From assembly GCA_963736855.1 (NCBI GenBank), contig CAVTQK010000009.1:512001-576000 (forward strand): a DNA stretch of 64,000 nt, in the 5' to 3' direction. The DNA is from an uncultured delta proteobacterium. Lineage in GTDB: Bacteria > Desulfobacterota > Desulfobacteria > Desulfobacterales > UBA2156. This document shows positions 35,692 to 46,188 of this stretch, piece after piece. The stretch's first letter is position 1; each line of letters opens with the position of its first letter. The notes under the pieces are model-generated. The model did no database searches. It saw nothing but the letters and a program-made list of their open reading frames with translations, and was not told the origin of the DNA. Both the position numbers and the translations under genes were made by a program.

Positions 35692-35747
35692 AGAAATCAA
35701 GTTTCAAATAAAAGCTCAGATAGGTCATAAGGGGAATCTAAAGTTGA

Positions 35748-36677
35748 ATGGAGGAATCTATGTTTTCTAAGGTAATGATACGGATACTGGGGATACTGAT
35801 TTGTCTATTGATGGTTTCAACAGGCATCGGATATGCGGCAAAAAAAGGGATGCGCTATTCCATTATGGTGACCAAATTCGAAAACCGTACCGGATGGCAC
35901 GGACAATGGGACCTGGGAGACGCCTGGGGTGCCGTGTTGACGGACAGCCTGAATTCAGCCGGGAATTTCATCGTGTTGGGTGAAAAAGATATGCGGCAGG
36001 AGGCCATGGCCGAGCAGGATCTCTCGGCAAGCGGGAGGACCGCTGGCGGAGGCAAGCAGGTGGTCACGGGGCAGATGACCCCTGCGCAACTTCTCATCAA
36101 AGGGGATATCACCCACTTTGACGAAGGAACCAGCGGTGGGGGCGGCGGAATCGGTTTCGGCGGAATACGCGTCGGGGCCGGAGGCGGCACGTCTGAAATC
36201 AATGCGGTCATGTACATCATCGATTCGAGCACCGGCCAGGTTCTGGCATCGAAAAAATGTTACGGCAAGGTGACGAAAACCGGGCTTTCGGTGGGAATAT
36301 CCAAAGGCGGCTTTTCCGGTGATGTGGGAGGGTTTAAGAAAACCAATGCCGGAAAAGCCATCGAACAGGCCGTCGATGAGGGCGTGTCATTCCTTACCTC
36401 AAAGCTGGAAGATATTCCCTGGACCGGCGACATCGTCATGGTAAAAGGAAAAAAAGCTTACATCAACAGGGGTTCCCGGGAGGGCGTCACCGAGGGGCAG
36501 GCATTCCGGGTGGGAAAGTTATCCACCATCCGGGATCCCAATACCGGCGAGGTCCTGGATCAGGAAGTGGAGGTCTCCGGAAAGATCCAGACGGAGAATG
36601 TCAAAGAAAAGTTGAGCATCTGCAACATTACGGAAGGGACCGTTCAAAAAGGGATGACGGTGATGCTTCCGGAATAA
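35748..36677 (+). CDS. CsgG/HfaB family protein with FlgT-like C-terminal domain
   Basis: Signal peptide, V.KFEN, L...GNF.VLGE, IIDSSTGQV; YINRG..G..F.V..IRDPNTGEVL. Confidence 0.75.
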   Translation: MEESMFSKVMIRILGILICLLMVSTGIGYAAKKGMRYSIMVTKFENRTGWHGQWDLGDAWGAVLTDSLNSAGNFIVLGEKDMRQEAMAEQDLSASGRTAGGGKQVVTGQMTPAQLLIKGDITHFDEGTSGGGGGIGFGGIRVGAGGGTSEINAVMYIIDSSTGQVLASKKCYGKVTKTGLSVGISKGGFSGDVGGFKKTNAGKAIEQAVDEGVSFLTSKLEDIPWTGDIVMVKGKKAYINRGSREGVTEGQAFRVGKLSTIRDPNTGEVLDQEVEVSGKIQTENVKEKLSICNITEGTVQKGMTVMLPE

Positions 36678-36712
36678 ACGCCGGATCCTCCTGGTCCTGT
36701 TGAAGCACCCTA

Positions 36713-37105
36713 TTAGTAGTGGCCCGGAACCCAGTGCCCCTTTCGGTTATAATGGCCCGGCATCCACGCTTTGCCGGGAACTCTGTGGGGACGCCAGTAA
36801 CCGTCCATCCATTTCCCCTTGGGGTCAAGGTAACCCGGCTCCCATACTTTTCCTGGAGGAGGTGGGCCGATCGGTTTCCAATAGCCGGGCACCCATGCTC
36901 CTTCAGGATTATGGTGTCCATCCACCCAGAGGAAGCCTTTCTTTTCCATAGGCCTGCAGAAACCATTGATCCATACCCCGTCTGGAGTGGTGTGAGATGG
37001 CACCCAGACATGCCCCGGATCACATGAATCTGCGAAAACCCCGGGGACATTGAGAAGGACAGCGACAAAGCCCAAAAAAACCATCAACGAAATGCAATTT
37101 TTCAT
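36713..37105 (-). CDS. Secreted YXWGXW (WxxGxW) repeat protein
   Basis: Signal peptide followed by about 8 W-x-P/D-G-H/Y repeats; AGGAGG RBS. Confidence 0.75.
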   Translation of the reverse strand: MKNCISLMVFLGFVAVLLNVPGVFADSCDPGHVWVPSHTTPDGVWINGFCRPMEKKGFLWVDGHHNPEGAWVPGYWKPIGPPPPGKVWEPGYLDPKGKWMDGYWRPHRVPGKAWMPGHYNRKGHWVPGHY

Positions 37106-37229
37106 GGGAATCCTCCTTTTTCATGAAGGGTGACCCTAGAGGTAAGCAAGACCCCGCTAAAGCTTGACAACGATATAATATCCTTGCTCTGATGTCAAAG
37201 ACAGTTCCAATAAAAAAACGGATATCCCC

Positions 37230-38705
37230 TTAAAGTTTAACGGTGATATAATATCCCTGGTCCCCCCGCTGTAACAGAATCACGACAGACGGCTTCTGAC
37301 GGTATTGGACGACGGCTTTTTTGAAATCGACTACATTGCGTACCGGAATCTCATCGATTTGCCGGATGACATCCCCTGGCTTCACCCCGATTTGTGCCAG
37401 CTCGGATCGGGGATCGATCTGAGTGATCACAACCCCTTCGGGGATTCCGGCGTTTCCGGGTGTTTTTTGATGACGATCCGAATTTTTTACCTGGATTCCT
37501 AAAAGGCGTCTTCCCAGGGTTTCCGCAAGCTCCGGCGGGAAGGACCGGGTTGTCAAGTAAAGAACCTTTTCCTGGTTTTTCCTTAATATTCGAAGGGAAA
37601 TGGTGTCCCCCACGGCCACTTGTTTTGCTGCCGCCAGGTAATCCTCGGTTGAAAGGACTTTCTGGTTTCCCACTGAAAGAAGGACATCCCCGTTTTGAAT
37701 GCCGACTTTTTCGGCCGGGCTTCCCGTCTCCACTGCCTTCACCAAAACCCCCCTGGTATTCGAAGACCCCAGGTAACGGGAAATTCGCTCATCGATGTCC
37801 TGAACCACAATTCCGAACCATGAGGAGAGCACCTCCCCGTATCGGATGAGATCCTGGACGATCCTTATCGCCCGATGAATGGGAATCGCAAAACCAATCC
37901 CCTGGGCCTTGGCATAAATGGCTGTATTGATCCCGATCAAATCTCCATGGATATTTAACAGGGGCCCCCCGCTGTTTCCTGGGTTGATGGAGGCGTCTGT
38001 TTGGATGAAATCCAGAAACACCCGCTCTTCGGTTCGGATACTCCGGTGTAAGGCGCTGATGACCCCCGTAGTGACCGTGTGGCTGAATCCGAAGGGATTC
38101 CCAATGGCGATTACCGTCTCGCCGATGAGCAGATCGTCGGAATTTCCCATCTCGACGGAAGGGAGTCTTTCACGGGAATCGACACGCAAGACGGCCAGGT
38201 CGGAATCCGGATCCGAACCGATGATGGTGGCCTTGAATTCCCGCTCGTCCATCAGTGTAACCGATATGGTCCCGGTTCGCTCGATCAAATGGGCATTGGT
38301 AAGAATGAATCCTCGTTTTCCGTCGATGATAACCCCGGAACCCAGGCTGGTACGCTTGTAGCGGCGCTCGAAACCGGGATCGAAAAAGTCCTTGAAAAAG
38401 GAATCGAAAAAAGGGTCCGTGGAAAATCCCGAGAACGGGCTGCGCCGGGATCGGACCTCGTACTCGGAATTGATGTTGACAACGGCCGGAGCCACCCGTT
38501 TGACCGCTCGAACAATGGGGGTCTCCCTTTCCGATGAGGCATTTGCCAGGGGAGAGGCAAAGAAGGCATAATACAGGGACAATGTGATGGAAAATAGAAT
38601 GCGAGAAAAGATCACGCCGGTTTTTCTTTGGTAAAAAGGCTGTTTTTCATCTATAGAATTATTCAAAGGACCGAAAGTTTCCGGTCTTTTGAATACTCTG
38701 ATCAA
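37230..38705 (-). CDS. Do/DegQ family serine endoprotease with two PDZ domains (start uncertain)
   Basis: LGSGVII, TNAH, DLAVL, QTDASINPGNSGGPL. Confidence 0.92.
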   Translation of the reverse strand: MIRVFKRPETFGPLNNSIDEKQPFYQRKTGVIFSRILFSITLSLYYAFFASPLANASSERETPIVRAVKRVAPAVVNINSEYEVRSRRSPFSGFSTDPFFDSFFKDFFDPGFERRYKRTSLGSGVIIDGKRGFILTNAHLIERTGTISVTLMDEREFKATIIGSDPDSDLAVLRVDSRERLPSVEMGNSDDLLIGETVIAIGNPFGFSHTVTTGVISALHRSIRTEERVFLDFIQTDASINPGNSGGPLLNIHGDLIGINTAIYAKAQGIGFAIPIHRAIRIVQDLIRYGEVLSSWFGIVVQDIDERISRYLGSSNTRGVLVKAVETGSPAEKVGIQNGDVLLSVGNQKVLSTEDYLAAAKQVAVGDTISLRILRKNQEKVLYLTTRSFPPELAETLGRRLLGIQVKNSDRHQKTPGNAGIPEGVVITQIDPRSELAQIGVKPGDVIRQIDEIPVRNVVDFKKAVVQYRQKPSVVILLQRGDQGYYITVKL

Positions 38706-38721
38706 CTTAAAACCGGATACT

Positions 38722-41268
38722 ATGGACCAAATAAAAATTCAAGATCTCTTGCCATTTCTGGAACATCCCAGCCGCTACCTGGGAAGCGAGACCAACCGGT
38801 GTCGAAAGGATTTGAGCCATGTCCGACTGCGGATGGCACTGGCTTTCCCCGATTTCTATGAGATCGGCATGTCCCATTTCGGAATACAAATCCTATATCA
38901 CATCCTGAACAAAGACCCTAAGATATTTGCCGAGCGGGTTTTTGCGCCCGGCGAAGATTTAGTCGACCGCCTGAAGGTGGCCGGGTTGCCTCTTGTGACT
39001 CTGGAAACCCAAACCCCGCTGAATCAAATGGATATCGTGGGATTTAGCCTCCTTTATGAGCTGAACTTTACCAATGTGCTTTTCATGCTGGATTTAGGAA
39101 AAATCTCCTTTTTCGCAAAAGAGCGGGGAGATAAGGATCCACTGGTGATTGCCGGAGGGCCTTGTATGTGTAACCCGGAGCCCGTGGCGGAGGTGTTTGA
39201 TGCCATCGTCATCGGTGAGGCCGAAGAGGTGATCCGTAAAATGTCCCGGGCATGGCTCGATTGGAATGCAGAAGGAGACAGGCGACGGAAAACCATTTTA
39301 AAAATGTGGTCCAAAATCGAAGGAGTATATATTCCTTCCTTTTACAAGCCGACATACGACGCAAAAGGGTTTCAGAAACTTGAACTCCGATCCGAAAACG
39401 GCTCGACATCGGAAAAAATCGTTCGAAGGGCCGTGGTGTCGAGTTTGACCGAAGTCCCGTTCCCCTTCAATCCCGTCGTTCCTTTTGGAAAGCCCATTCA
39501 TGATCGCCTTCGACTCGAGATCGCCAGGGGGTGCACTCGGGGATGCCGCTTTTGCCAGGCCGGCATCCTCTACCGGCCCGTTCGGGAACGATCTCCGGAC
39601 GACCTCTTGAACATGGCGCAAAACAGCCTGGCAGCCACCGGTTATGATAATATTTCTCTGCTCTCCTTAAGTACCGGAGATTACACAGCGATCGAGTATC
39701 TTATGGAAAAGCTGATGGGCCGTTGTAAGGACCAGAAAGTGGCCATATCGCTTCCTTCCGTTCGGGCGGGCACCTTGACCCCGAAGTTGATGCAGCTCAT
39801 ACAAAAAGTGAGAAAAACCGGTTTTACCATCGCTCCGGAAGCCGGAAGTCAGCGGCTGAGGGATATTGTGAATAAAAACCTTACAGACGCTGAGATTTTC
39901 GAAACGGTTCAAAACGCCTTTGAACTAGGGTGGCAGGTCATCAAGCTGTATTTTATGGTCGGACTACCTTTTGAAATCGATGCGGATATCGAGGCATTGG
40001 TCGATCTCGTTCATAAATTGAACAGTTCTGGAGTACGGAAAAAAGGGAAAGGAAAACTTCATGTGAGCGTGGCGACCTTTATCCCGAAACCGCACACCCC
40101 CTTCCAATGGGCACCCCAGATTCCCCTTGAAGCATCCCGGGAAAAAATCGTCTACTTGAAAAGGGTCCTTAACCGATCCGGTATTCAGTTCAAATGGCAA
40201 AACCCGGAAGTCAGCCTCCTGGAGGGCCTGTGGGCCAGGGGAGATCGGAGGCTTTCCAGCCTCCTGGCTCGTGCCTATCAAAAAGGGTGCCGTTTCGATG
40301 CGTGGACCGATCGTTTTAAATTCGATCAATGGATGGCTTCCATTTCGGAGGTCGGCATCGATTTAGACTTTTTCACGACACGGCCCCGCAGTTTTTCCGA
40401 ACCGCTTCCGTGGGACCCCTTCGATATCGGCGTAACCCGGGATTTCCTCCTGGCAGAATGGAAAAAGGCGGAAAAAGGGGAACCGACAGGCGATTGTCGG
40501 AAGGGCACATGTCAAGGGTGCGGAGTCTGTGACTTCAAGATCATCAAGCCGGAAATTTTTGAGCCCATTGAATCCGGGAACAATCTTTTTCAGGGAGAAA
40601 AAAAGCTTCCGGCTCTCAAGGAAAAAGCTCCGGGTCAACCGTATCGAATCGATTATTCCAAACAGGGCCCGGCAAGATACTTCGGTCACCTGGAAATGGT
40701 GAAACTGATCCTACAGGGGATACGCCGTGCGGGTATCTCCATGATGTATTCCCAGGGATATCACCCCAAACCGAGAATTTCCTTCGGAGATCCCCTGCCG
40801 GTAGGGATGGAGAGCGAAGGAGAGGCATTCGATCTTTGGGTTACAGAAAGCATCTCTCCAAAAGGGCTCATGGATGCGTTGGAAAGGCAAATGCCGGAGG
40901 GTATCGAGATCAAGGGGTGTCAGCCGGTGTCGGCGAAAGCCGGGATCCACGCACCACCGGCTATCCGTTACCGTATTGTTTTCAAAAGGGGTGTTTTTAA
41001 TGAAGGCGCCTTAGAAGCGTTCCAAAACGCCCAGAGGTTCTCCTGGGAACAGCCCGATCGAAAAGGTAGATTGAAAACCTATGAATTAAAGGGTATGGTT
41101 CATCCCATAAAGCGGATTGCATCCAATTCGCTTGAAATTCAAATCGAAAACCGATCCGGAAAAACCTTACGACCCGACACATGGATCCGCGCAGTTTTTG
41201 GACTTTCCGGTGAGGTTTTGAGGGGGGTACGGATCATCAAGCTCTACGATGGGAGCGATGATGTTTAA
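38722..41268 (+). CDS. TIGR03960 B12-binding radical SAM protein fused to TIGR03936/DUF2344 domain
   Basis: PSRYLGSE, FPDFYEIGMS, RGCTRGCRFCQAG; C-terminal HLE..GYHPKP. Confidence 0.9.
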   Translation: MDQIKIQDLLPFLEHPSRYLGSETNRCRKDLSHVRLRMALAFPDFYEIGMSHFGIQILYHILNKDPKIFAERVFAPGEDLVDRLKVAGLPLVTLETQTPLNQMDIVGFSLLYELNFTNVLFMLDLGKISFFAKERGDKDPLVIAGGPCMCNPEPVAEVFDAIVIGEAEEVIRKMSRAWLDWNAEGDRRRKTILKMWSKIEGVYIPSFYKPTYDAKGFQKLELRSENGSTSEKIVRRAVVSSLTEVPFPFNPVVPFGKPIHDRLRLEIARGCTRGCRFCQAGILYRPVRERSPDDLLNMAQNSLAATGYDNISLLSLSTGDYTAIEYLMEKLMGRCKDQKVAISLPSVRAGTLTPKLMQLIQKVRKTGFTIAPEAGSQRLRDIVNKNLTDAEIFETVQNAFELGWQVIKLYFMVGLPFEIDADIEALVDLVHKLNSSGVRKKGKGKLHVSVATFIPKPHTPFQWAPQIPLEASREKIVYLKRVLNRSGIQFKWQNPEVSLLEGLWARGDRRLSSLLARAYQKGCRFDAWTDRFKFDQWMASISEVGIDLDFFTTRPRSFSEPLPWDPFDIGVTRDFLLAEWKKAEKGEPTGDCRKGTCQGCGVCDFKIIKPEIFEPIESGNNLFQGEKKLPALKEKAPGQPYRIDYSKQGPARYFGHLEMVKLILQGIRRAGISMMYSQGYHPKPRISFGDPLPVGMESEGEAFDLWVTESISPKGLMDALERQMPEGIEIKGCQPVSAKAGIHAPPAIRYRIVFKRGVFNEGALEAFQNAQRFSWEQPDRKGRLKTYELKGMVHPIKRIASNSLEIQIENRSGKTLRPDTWIRAVFGLSGEVLRGVRIIKLYDGSDDV

Positions 41269-42784
41269 AAAATTGATCGTCAGCGTGGCCGATTTCGAGA
41301 CCCGGGTTGCACTCATGGAAGACGGCACCATTGCCGAGCTGTTCATTGAGCGCTGCGATGCCGGGGAGATCACGGGGAATGTCTACAAGGGGAAGGTCCA
41401 GCGGGTTCTTCCCGGAATGCAGGCCGCTTTTGTGGATATCGGCATCGACCAGGCCGCCTTTATTTATGTAGATGACGTTCAGGAAGATACTCATGCGGAA
41501 TTTGAGGCCCTCTTTTCTTCCGATGTCGAGGCAGAAGATCCGGTCCATGGGAACCTCGAACCCATAATCCAAAGGAGCATGCATATCGAAGATCTGTTGA
41601 ACGAAGGTCAGGAGATCATGGTCCAAGTAGCCAAATCTCCCCTGGGAACCAAAGGGGCGCGGGTGACTTCCCGGATTTCCCTCCCCGGGCGGTTTCTGGT
41701 TCTCATGCCGAATGCCTCCCATATCGGAATTTCCAGACGCATCGAGGAAGAAGTTGAACGCACCCGGTTAAAAAATGTTATGGAATCGCTCCGCAATGAT
41801 GACTGCGGGTACATCGTCCGGACCGCTGCAGAGGGCGCAGATGCGGAAAAACTGGCGAACGAAATAGTTTTTTTAAAAAAGCTCTGGGAGAATATCCAAA
41901 AAAAATTCAAAACGTCCTCCACCCCCTTCATGCTCCATCAGGAATTAAACGTCATTCTTCGGGCGGTGCGGGATCTCATGACCCACGAGGTGGAACGAGT
42001 GGTGGTGGATGACCGGCAGGCTTATCAGTCTGTCCTGTCGTTTCTGGAAATGTCGATGCCCGGATTAATCGGCGCCGTGGAGCTGTACGAAGGAGAAGAA
42101 CCGATTTTCGATGCGTACAATCTGGAGGGCGATATTTCGAGGGCCCTGAAAAGAAAGGTATGGCTAAAATCCGGAGGATACATCGTCATCGAACACACGG
42201 AAGCCCTGGTGGCCATCGACGTCAACACCGGACGCTTTGTGGGGAAGCACAACCCGGAGGAGACCATCTTGAAGACCAACCTGGAGGCGGTCAAGGAGAT
42301 CGCCTATCAAATCCGGCTCCGGGATCTAGGAGGGATCATCATTGTCGATTTTATCGACATGGAAAAAAAATCGCACCAGGAGAAGGTGTTTTTAGCGTTT
42401 CAAGACGCGTTGAAGAAGGACCGAAGCAGGACCCATGTTCTTCCCATATCGGACATGGGGCTGGTACAAATGACCCGGAAACGGACTCGCAAGTCTCTCA
42501 CGCACACCCTGTGCGAGCCGTGCCTGTACTGCGAAGGTGAAGGATATTTGCTTGCCAGATCCTCCATATGCTACACGATTTACCGCGAAATCCTCAAAGG
42601 ATATCGGGATATCCTGGGGAGTCGGCTCATACTCAAAGTCAATAACGATATTGCCGAAATGCTTCATGGACAAGAAAATCGCCTCATCCGATCCCTTGAG
42701 GAGCGGTTGAAAAAAACCGTGGAAATTTATCCGGAGCCCCAATTCCACCTTGAAAAGTTTGATGTTCAGGAAGTCCTGGAGTGA
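41261..42784 (+). CDS. rng: Ribonuclease G (Rne/Rng family)
   Basis: GNVYKGKV..PGMQAAFVDIG, IDVNTG, LRDLGGIIIVDFIDM, C.YC.G.G. Confidence 0.93.
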   Translation: MFKKLIVSVADFETRVALMEDGTIAELFIERCDAGEITGNVYKGKVQRVLPGMQAAFVDIGIDQAAFIYVDDVQEDTHAEFEALFSSDVEAEDPVHGNLEPIIQRSMHIEDLLNEGQEIMVQVAKSPLGTKGARVTSRISLPGRFLVLMPNASHIGISRRIEEEVERTRLKNVMESLRNDDCGYIVRTAAEGADAEKLANEIVFLKKLWENIQKKFKTSSTPFMLHQELNVILRAVRDLMTHEVERVVVDDRQAYQSVLSFLEMSMPGLIGAVELYEGEEPIFDAYNLEGDISRALKRKVWLKSGGYIVIEHTEALVAIDVNTGRFVGKHNPEETILKTNLEAVKEIAYQIRLRDLGGIIIVDFIDMEKKSHQEKVFLAFQDALKKDRSRTHVLPISDMGLVQMTRKRTRKSLTHTLCEPCLYCEGEGYLLARSSICYTIYREILKGYRDILGSRLILKVNNDIAEMLHGQENRLIRSLEERLKKTVEIYPEPQFHLEKFDVQEVLE

Positions 42785-42909
42785 AAACCTTTTTTAACAA
42801 ATTAGGTGAGCAAAGATCGATTTTCTCTTGACGATTTGAAAAAAAAATGATTCATTAACAAATTTTAATCCGTTCAACGGACCTGATACATACGGTAAGG
42901 ACATAAGCC

Positions 42910-43044
42910 ATGAAAAGGACGTACCAACCCAGCAAGATCCGCAGGGCGAGAACTCACGGGTTTCGAAAACGAATGGCCACACGGGCCGGTCGGCTGGTTA
43001 TTAATCGGCGCAGGGCAAAGGGAAGAAAGCGCCTGGCAGTGTAG
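42910..43044 (+). CDS. rpmH: 50S ribosomal protein L34 (missed by the ORF track)
   Basis: [44 protein letters not shown]. Confidence 0.97.
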   Translation: MKRTYQPSKIRRARTHGFRKRMATRAGRLVINRRRAKGRKRLAV

Positions 43045-43075
43045 CGCCCCTTAAGATCCATCAAAGAAGGCGGCA

Positions 43076-43438
43076 TTGTTGAGGCGAAATACTTTTGTCC
43101 GGGCCGAGATCTTAAAACACCGGGATTTTCTTAGACTCCAGAAAGAGGGAAAAGCCGCAAGAAATCCATATGTTACGGCGATTTTTGCACCCGGAATCCA
43201 GGATGTGACACGCTTGGGGATCACCGCCGGCAAGCACGTGGGAAAAGCCTGGCAGCGCAACCGGATCAAACGCCTGATACGGGAGTTTTTCCGGTTGAAT
43301 CGGCACCTTCTGGGGAGAAATTGGGATATCAACATTATCGTTAAAAAAGAAGCAACCGGTCTGGCTTCCAGCAGGTTGTTTTCCGAATGCAAAACAGTTT
43401 TTCTTAAAGTTTCGGAGCACGCATCAAACGGCTTGTAA
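43076..43438 (+). CDS. rnpA: Ribonuclease P protein component
   Basis: [25 protein letters not shown]; follows rpmH. Confidence 0.93.
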   Translation: MLRRNTFVRAEILKHRDFLRLQKEGKAARNPYVTAIFAPGIQDVTRLGITAGKHVGKAWQRNRIKRLIREFFRLNRHLLGRNWDINIIVKKEATGLASSRLFSECKTVFLKVSEHASNGL

Positions 43439-43665
43439 AACAAATCCCCCTATGGATTATTAAGGGGTATCAGTGGGTTCTATCGCCCGTGCTGGGTCCT
43501 GCCTGCCGGTTTTACCCTTCCTGCTCGGAATATGCCTACGGAGCGATCAAACGGCACGGTTTTTTTGCCGGATCGATCCTGGCAGTCAAGAGGGTGTTGC
43601 GGTGCCATCCCTGGCACCCGGGTGGCGTTGACCCCGTCCCCGACATACTGGAGACAAAAAGCTAG
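43423..43665 (+). CDS. yidD: Membrane protein insertion efficiency factor YidD (no canonical start codon seen)
   Basis: [42 protein letters not shown]. Confidence 0.88.
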   Translation: MKRLVKQIPLWIIKGYQWVLSPVLGPACRFYPSCSEYAYGAIKRHGFFAGSILAVKRVLRCHPWHPGGVDPVPDILETKS

Positions 43666-43726
43666 GGAGGCGTAACACTCCATCAAGGTGATCTCTCACC
43701 GACGAACCGATAATGAGGTGAACTAA

Positions 43727-45391
43727 ATGGAACAAGGCCGGGTCTTTTTAGCTATTGCCATATCTTTTTTGATTTTTCTGGTATGGAATTTTTTCTTTGT
43801 CGAAAATAAATCGCCCCAGCCGAAACCGGAACAGGCAGCAACAAAGATAGCGCCCAAGGAAGCCGCCCCCCAAAAGTCCATCGAACCTGCTCCGGCCAAA
43901 CCGCTTTCAAAAAAAGACGTCCAAGCCGCGCCGACGGTGTCGGAACGAACGACGCGCACGCTCCATATTGAAACCCCGCTTTACGCCTTGAGCCTGTCGG
44001 AAGAGAAGGCGGTTGTGAAACAGTTCACGCTGAAGCACTATAGTGAAAGCATCGAAAAAGACTCTCCCCGAAAAATACTCATCTCCGAAGAGAATCCCTT
44101 CGGAACAGTACACATCGGCTTTGATCAAAAGACGGTAGCAGGCTTCGATTCCGCTGTTTTTTCGGCGGATGCACCGATCGATCCGATCTCTGTCACCAAT
44201 GCCGAAAAGACGATCACCTTTTCATGGCAATCCCCTGAGGGTATGGTTGTGGAAAAGCGGTACACATTTTCGCCCACAAACTACCGGATCGGCCTGACAG
44301 TGATTCTAAAAAACGAAAGCGAAGGTGTCTGGAAAGACAATGTAACCCTTTCCCTTTACCGAAAGCTGGAAGAACAAAAAGGAAGAGCAGTCGGTTTTGA
44401 AGGCCCCAGCGCCATGATCAATAAGAGCGTGGAAGAGGTGGAAATCAAAAAAATCAAAGACAAACCGCTTTCTCCGGGAAGCGTGAAATGGTGGGGTATC
44501 GAGGATCGGTATTTCATGTCTGCGGCGGTTCCGCCGGACAACAACGACGGGCAGGTAAAATTTTTTACCAGGGAAAACAGGGTGATAGAAGCTCAATACC
44601 TGCAGCCGACTGTGACAATCGAACCTCACGGGGAGCAACGGTTCGACTACTACCTTTTTCTGGGACCCAAAAGCATGAAAGTCCTCAAGGATGCCGGACA
44701 CGACCTGGACGAAGCCGTCAATTTTGGATTGTTTGATTTCATCGCCAAACCCTGTGTCTGGCTGATGAACCAGATCTACCAAGTCATACCCAATTACGGT
44801 TTTGCCATCATCATCCTGACGCTTATGTCCAAGATCATTCTCTGGCCCCTGGGAAACAAGAGTTACAAATCCATGAGTGATATGAAAAAACTGCAGCCCC
44901 TCATGGCAGAAATTCGGGAAAAGTATAAAAACGATAAAAAGAAGCAACAACAAGAGATCATGAGCTTGTACCGGACTTATAAAATCAATCCGTTGGGTGG
45001 ATGCCTTCCGATGGTTGCACAAATCCCGGTTTTTTTCGCTTTATACCGAATGTTATATGAGGCCATCGAGCTTCGACACGCGCCGTTTTTCGGGTGGATT
45101 ACCGATCTCAGTGCACCGGACCGGTTGTTTCGCTTTGGATTTAACGTGCCATTCATGCAACCCCCCTACGGCATCCCGGTGTTGACCCTTGTTATGGGGG
45201 CCACCATGTTGATTCAGCAGAAGATGTCACCGCCCCCGGGAGATCCGGGGCAGGCGAAAATGATGATGCTCATGCCTGTCGTGTTTACCGTTATTTTTAT
45301 CAATTTTTCCTCCGGGCTCGTTTTATACTGGCTGGTCAACAACCTGCTTTCCATCGGACAGCAGTATTATGTGACTAAAAAAAGGGCCTGA
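43727..45391 (+). CDS. yidC: Membrane protein insertase YidC
   Basis: NYGFAIIILT, NPLGGCLP..QIPVFFALY, WITDLSAPD, GLVLYW. Confidence 0.96.
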   Translation: MEQGRVFLAIAISFLIFLVWNFFFVENKSPQPKPEQAATKIAPKEAAPQKSIEPAPAKPLSKKDVQAAPTVSERTTRTLHIETPLYALSLSEEKAVVKQFTLKHYSESIEKDSPRKILISEENPFGTVHIGFDQKTVAGFDSAVFSADAPIDPISVTNAEKTITFSWQSPEGMVVEKRYTFSPTNYRIGLTVILKNESEGVWKDNVTLSLYRKLEEQKGRAVGFEGPSAMINKSVEEVEIKKIKDKPLSPGSVKWWGIEDRYFMSAAVPPDNNDGQVKFFTRENRVIEAQYLQPTVTIEPHGEQRFDYYLFLGPKSMKVLKDAGHDLDEAVNFGLFDFIAKPCVWLMNQIYQVIPNYGFAIIILTLMSKIILWPLGNKSYKSMSDMKKLQPLMAEIREKYKNDKKKQQQEIMSLYRTYKINPLGGCLPMVAQIPVFFALYRMLYEAIELRHAPFFGWITDLSAPDRLFRFGFNVPFMQPPYGIPVLTLVMGATMLIQQKMSPPPGDPGQAKMMMLMPVVFTVIFINFSSGLVLYWLVNNLLSIGQQYYVTKKRA

Positions 45392-45404
45392 CGACGGAGG
45401 CTGT

Positions 45405-46175
45405 ATGTCTCAAGTTCTTGAATTCGAGGGGAAAAATATCGATCAGGCCGTTGAAAAGGCCTGCGATTCGGTCAAAATCCCAAAAGGAAAGCTTAAATAT
45501 GATGTCCTTTCTTACGGCTCTTCGGGAATTTTCGGTTTGGTGGGATCGAAAAAGGCGCGCATCCGTGTGATCCTCCAACAGCCTTTGGAAACCGTAGCGG
45601 CGAAGAAGGATCAAAAGACGCTGGAACCCAGGGAGCGTTTGGAAATGGAAACACCCCCGCCGGAAAACACAGATCCCGGATCGGGTCATCAGGAAGACCT
45701 TGCTCTTAACGAACTTGCTGCTTGGGGTGAAGAGGCCCTGAAACGCATAGTGAACAGTATCACCCCGGATACTCAGATTGACGTCGCATCGGATTCGGAA
45801 GAAATCCTTTACAATGTTCGGGGTGGGAACAGTGCCCTTTTGATTGGAAAGCGTGGGCAAACCCTTGAAGCCATCCAGCATTTGGTGGAAAAAATTATCC
45901 ATCGAAAAACCGAGAAACAGGCTCGTGTCCGCGTGGATGTCGAAGGCTATCAGCAAAACCGGCGAATCAACCTCGAGCGACTGGCTGAAAAGGTAGCCGA
46001 GAAGGTCAAAAAAACGGGAAAACCGGTAGCGTTGGGAGACATGAACGCATCGGATAGAAGAATCATCCATCTGACCTTGAAAAATGACCAGGAGATTCGT
46101 ACACAAAGCAAGGGCGGCGGTGCCCTGAAGAAACTGTTCATCATCCCCAGAAAAAAACAGTCTCCGAAAACCTAA
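45405..46175 (+). CDS. jag: Jag/EloR (KhpB) RNA-binding protein
   Basis: Jag_N GIFGL, KH LIGKRGQTLEAIQ, R3H DRRIIH. Confidence 0.93.
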   Translation: MSQVLEFEGKNIDQAVEKACDSVKIPKGKLKYDVLSYGSSGIFGLVGSKKARIRVILQQPLETVAAKKDQKTLEPRERLEMETPPPENTDPGSGHQEDLALNELAAWGEEALKRIVNSITPDTQIDVASDSEEILYNVRGGNSALLIGKRGQTLEAIQHLVEKIIHRKTEKQARVRVDVEGYQQNRRINLERLAEKVAEKVKKTGKPVALGDMNASDRRIIHLTLKNDQEIRTQSKGGGALKKLFIIPRKKQSPKT

Positions 46176-46188
46176 TCAGGACGCGGAC

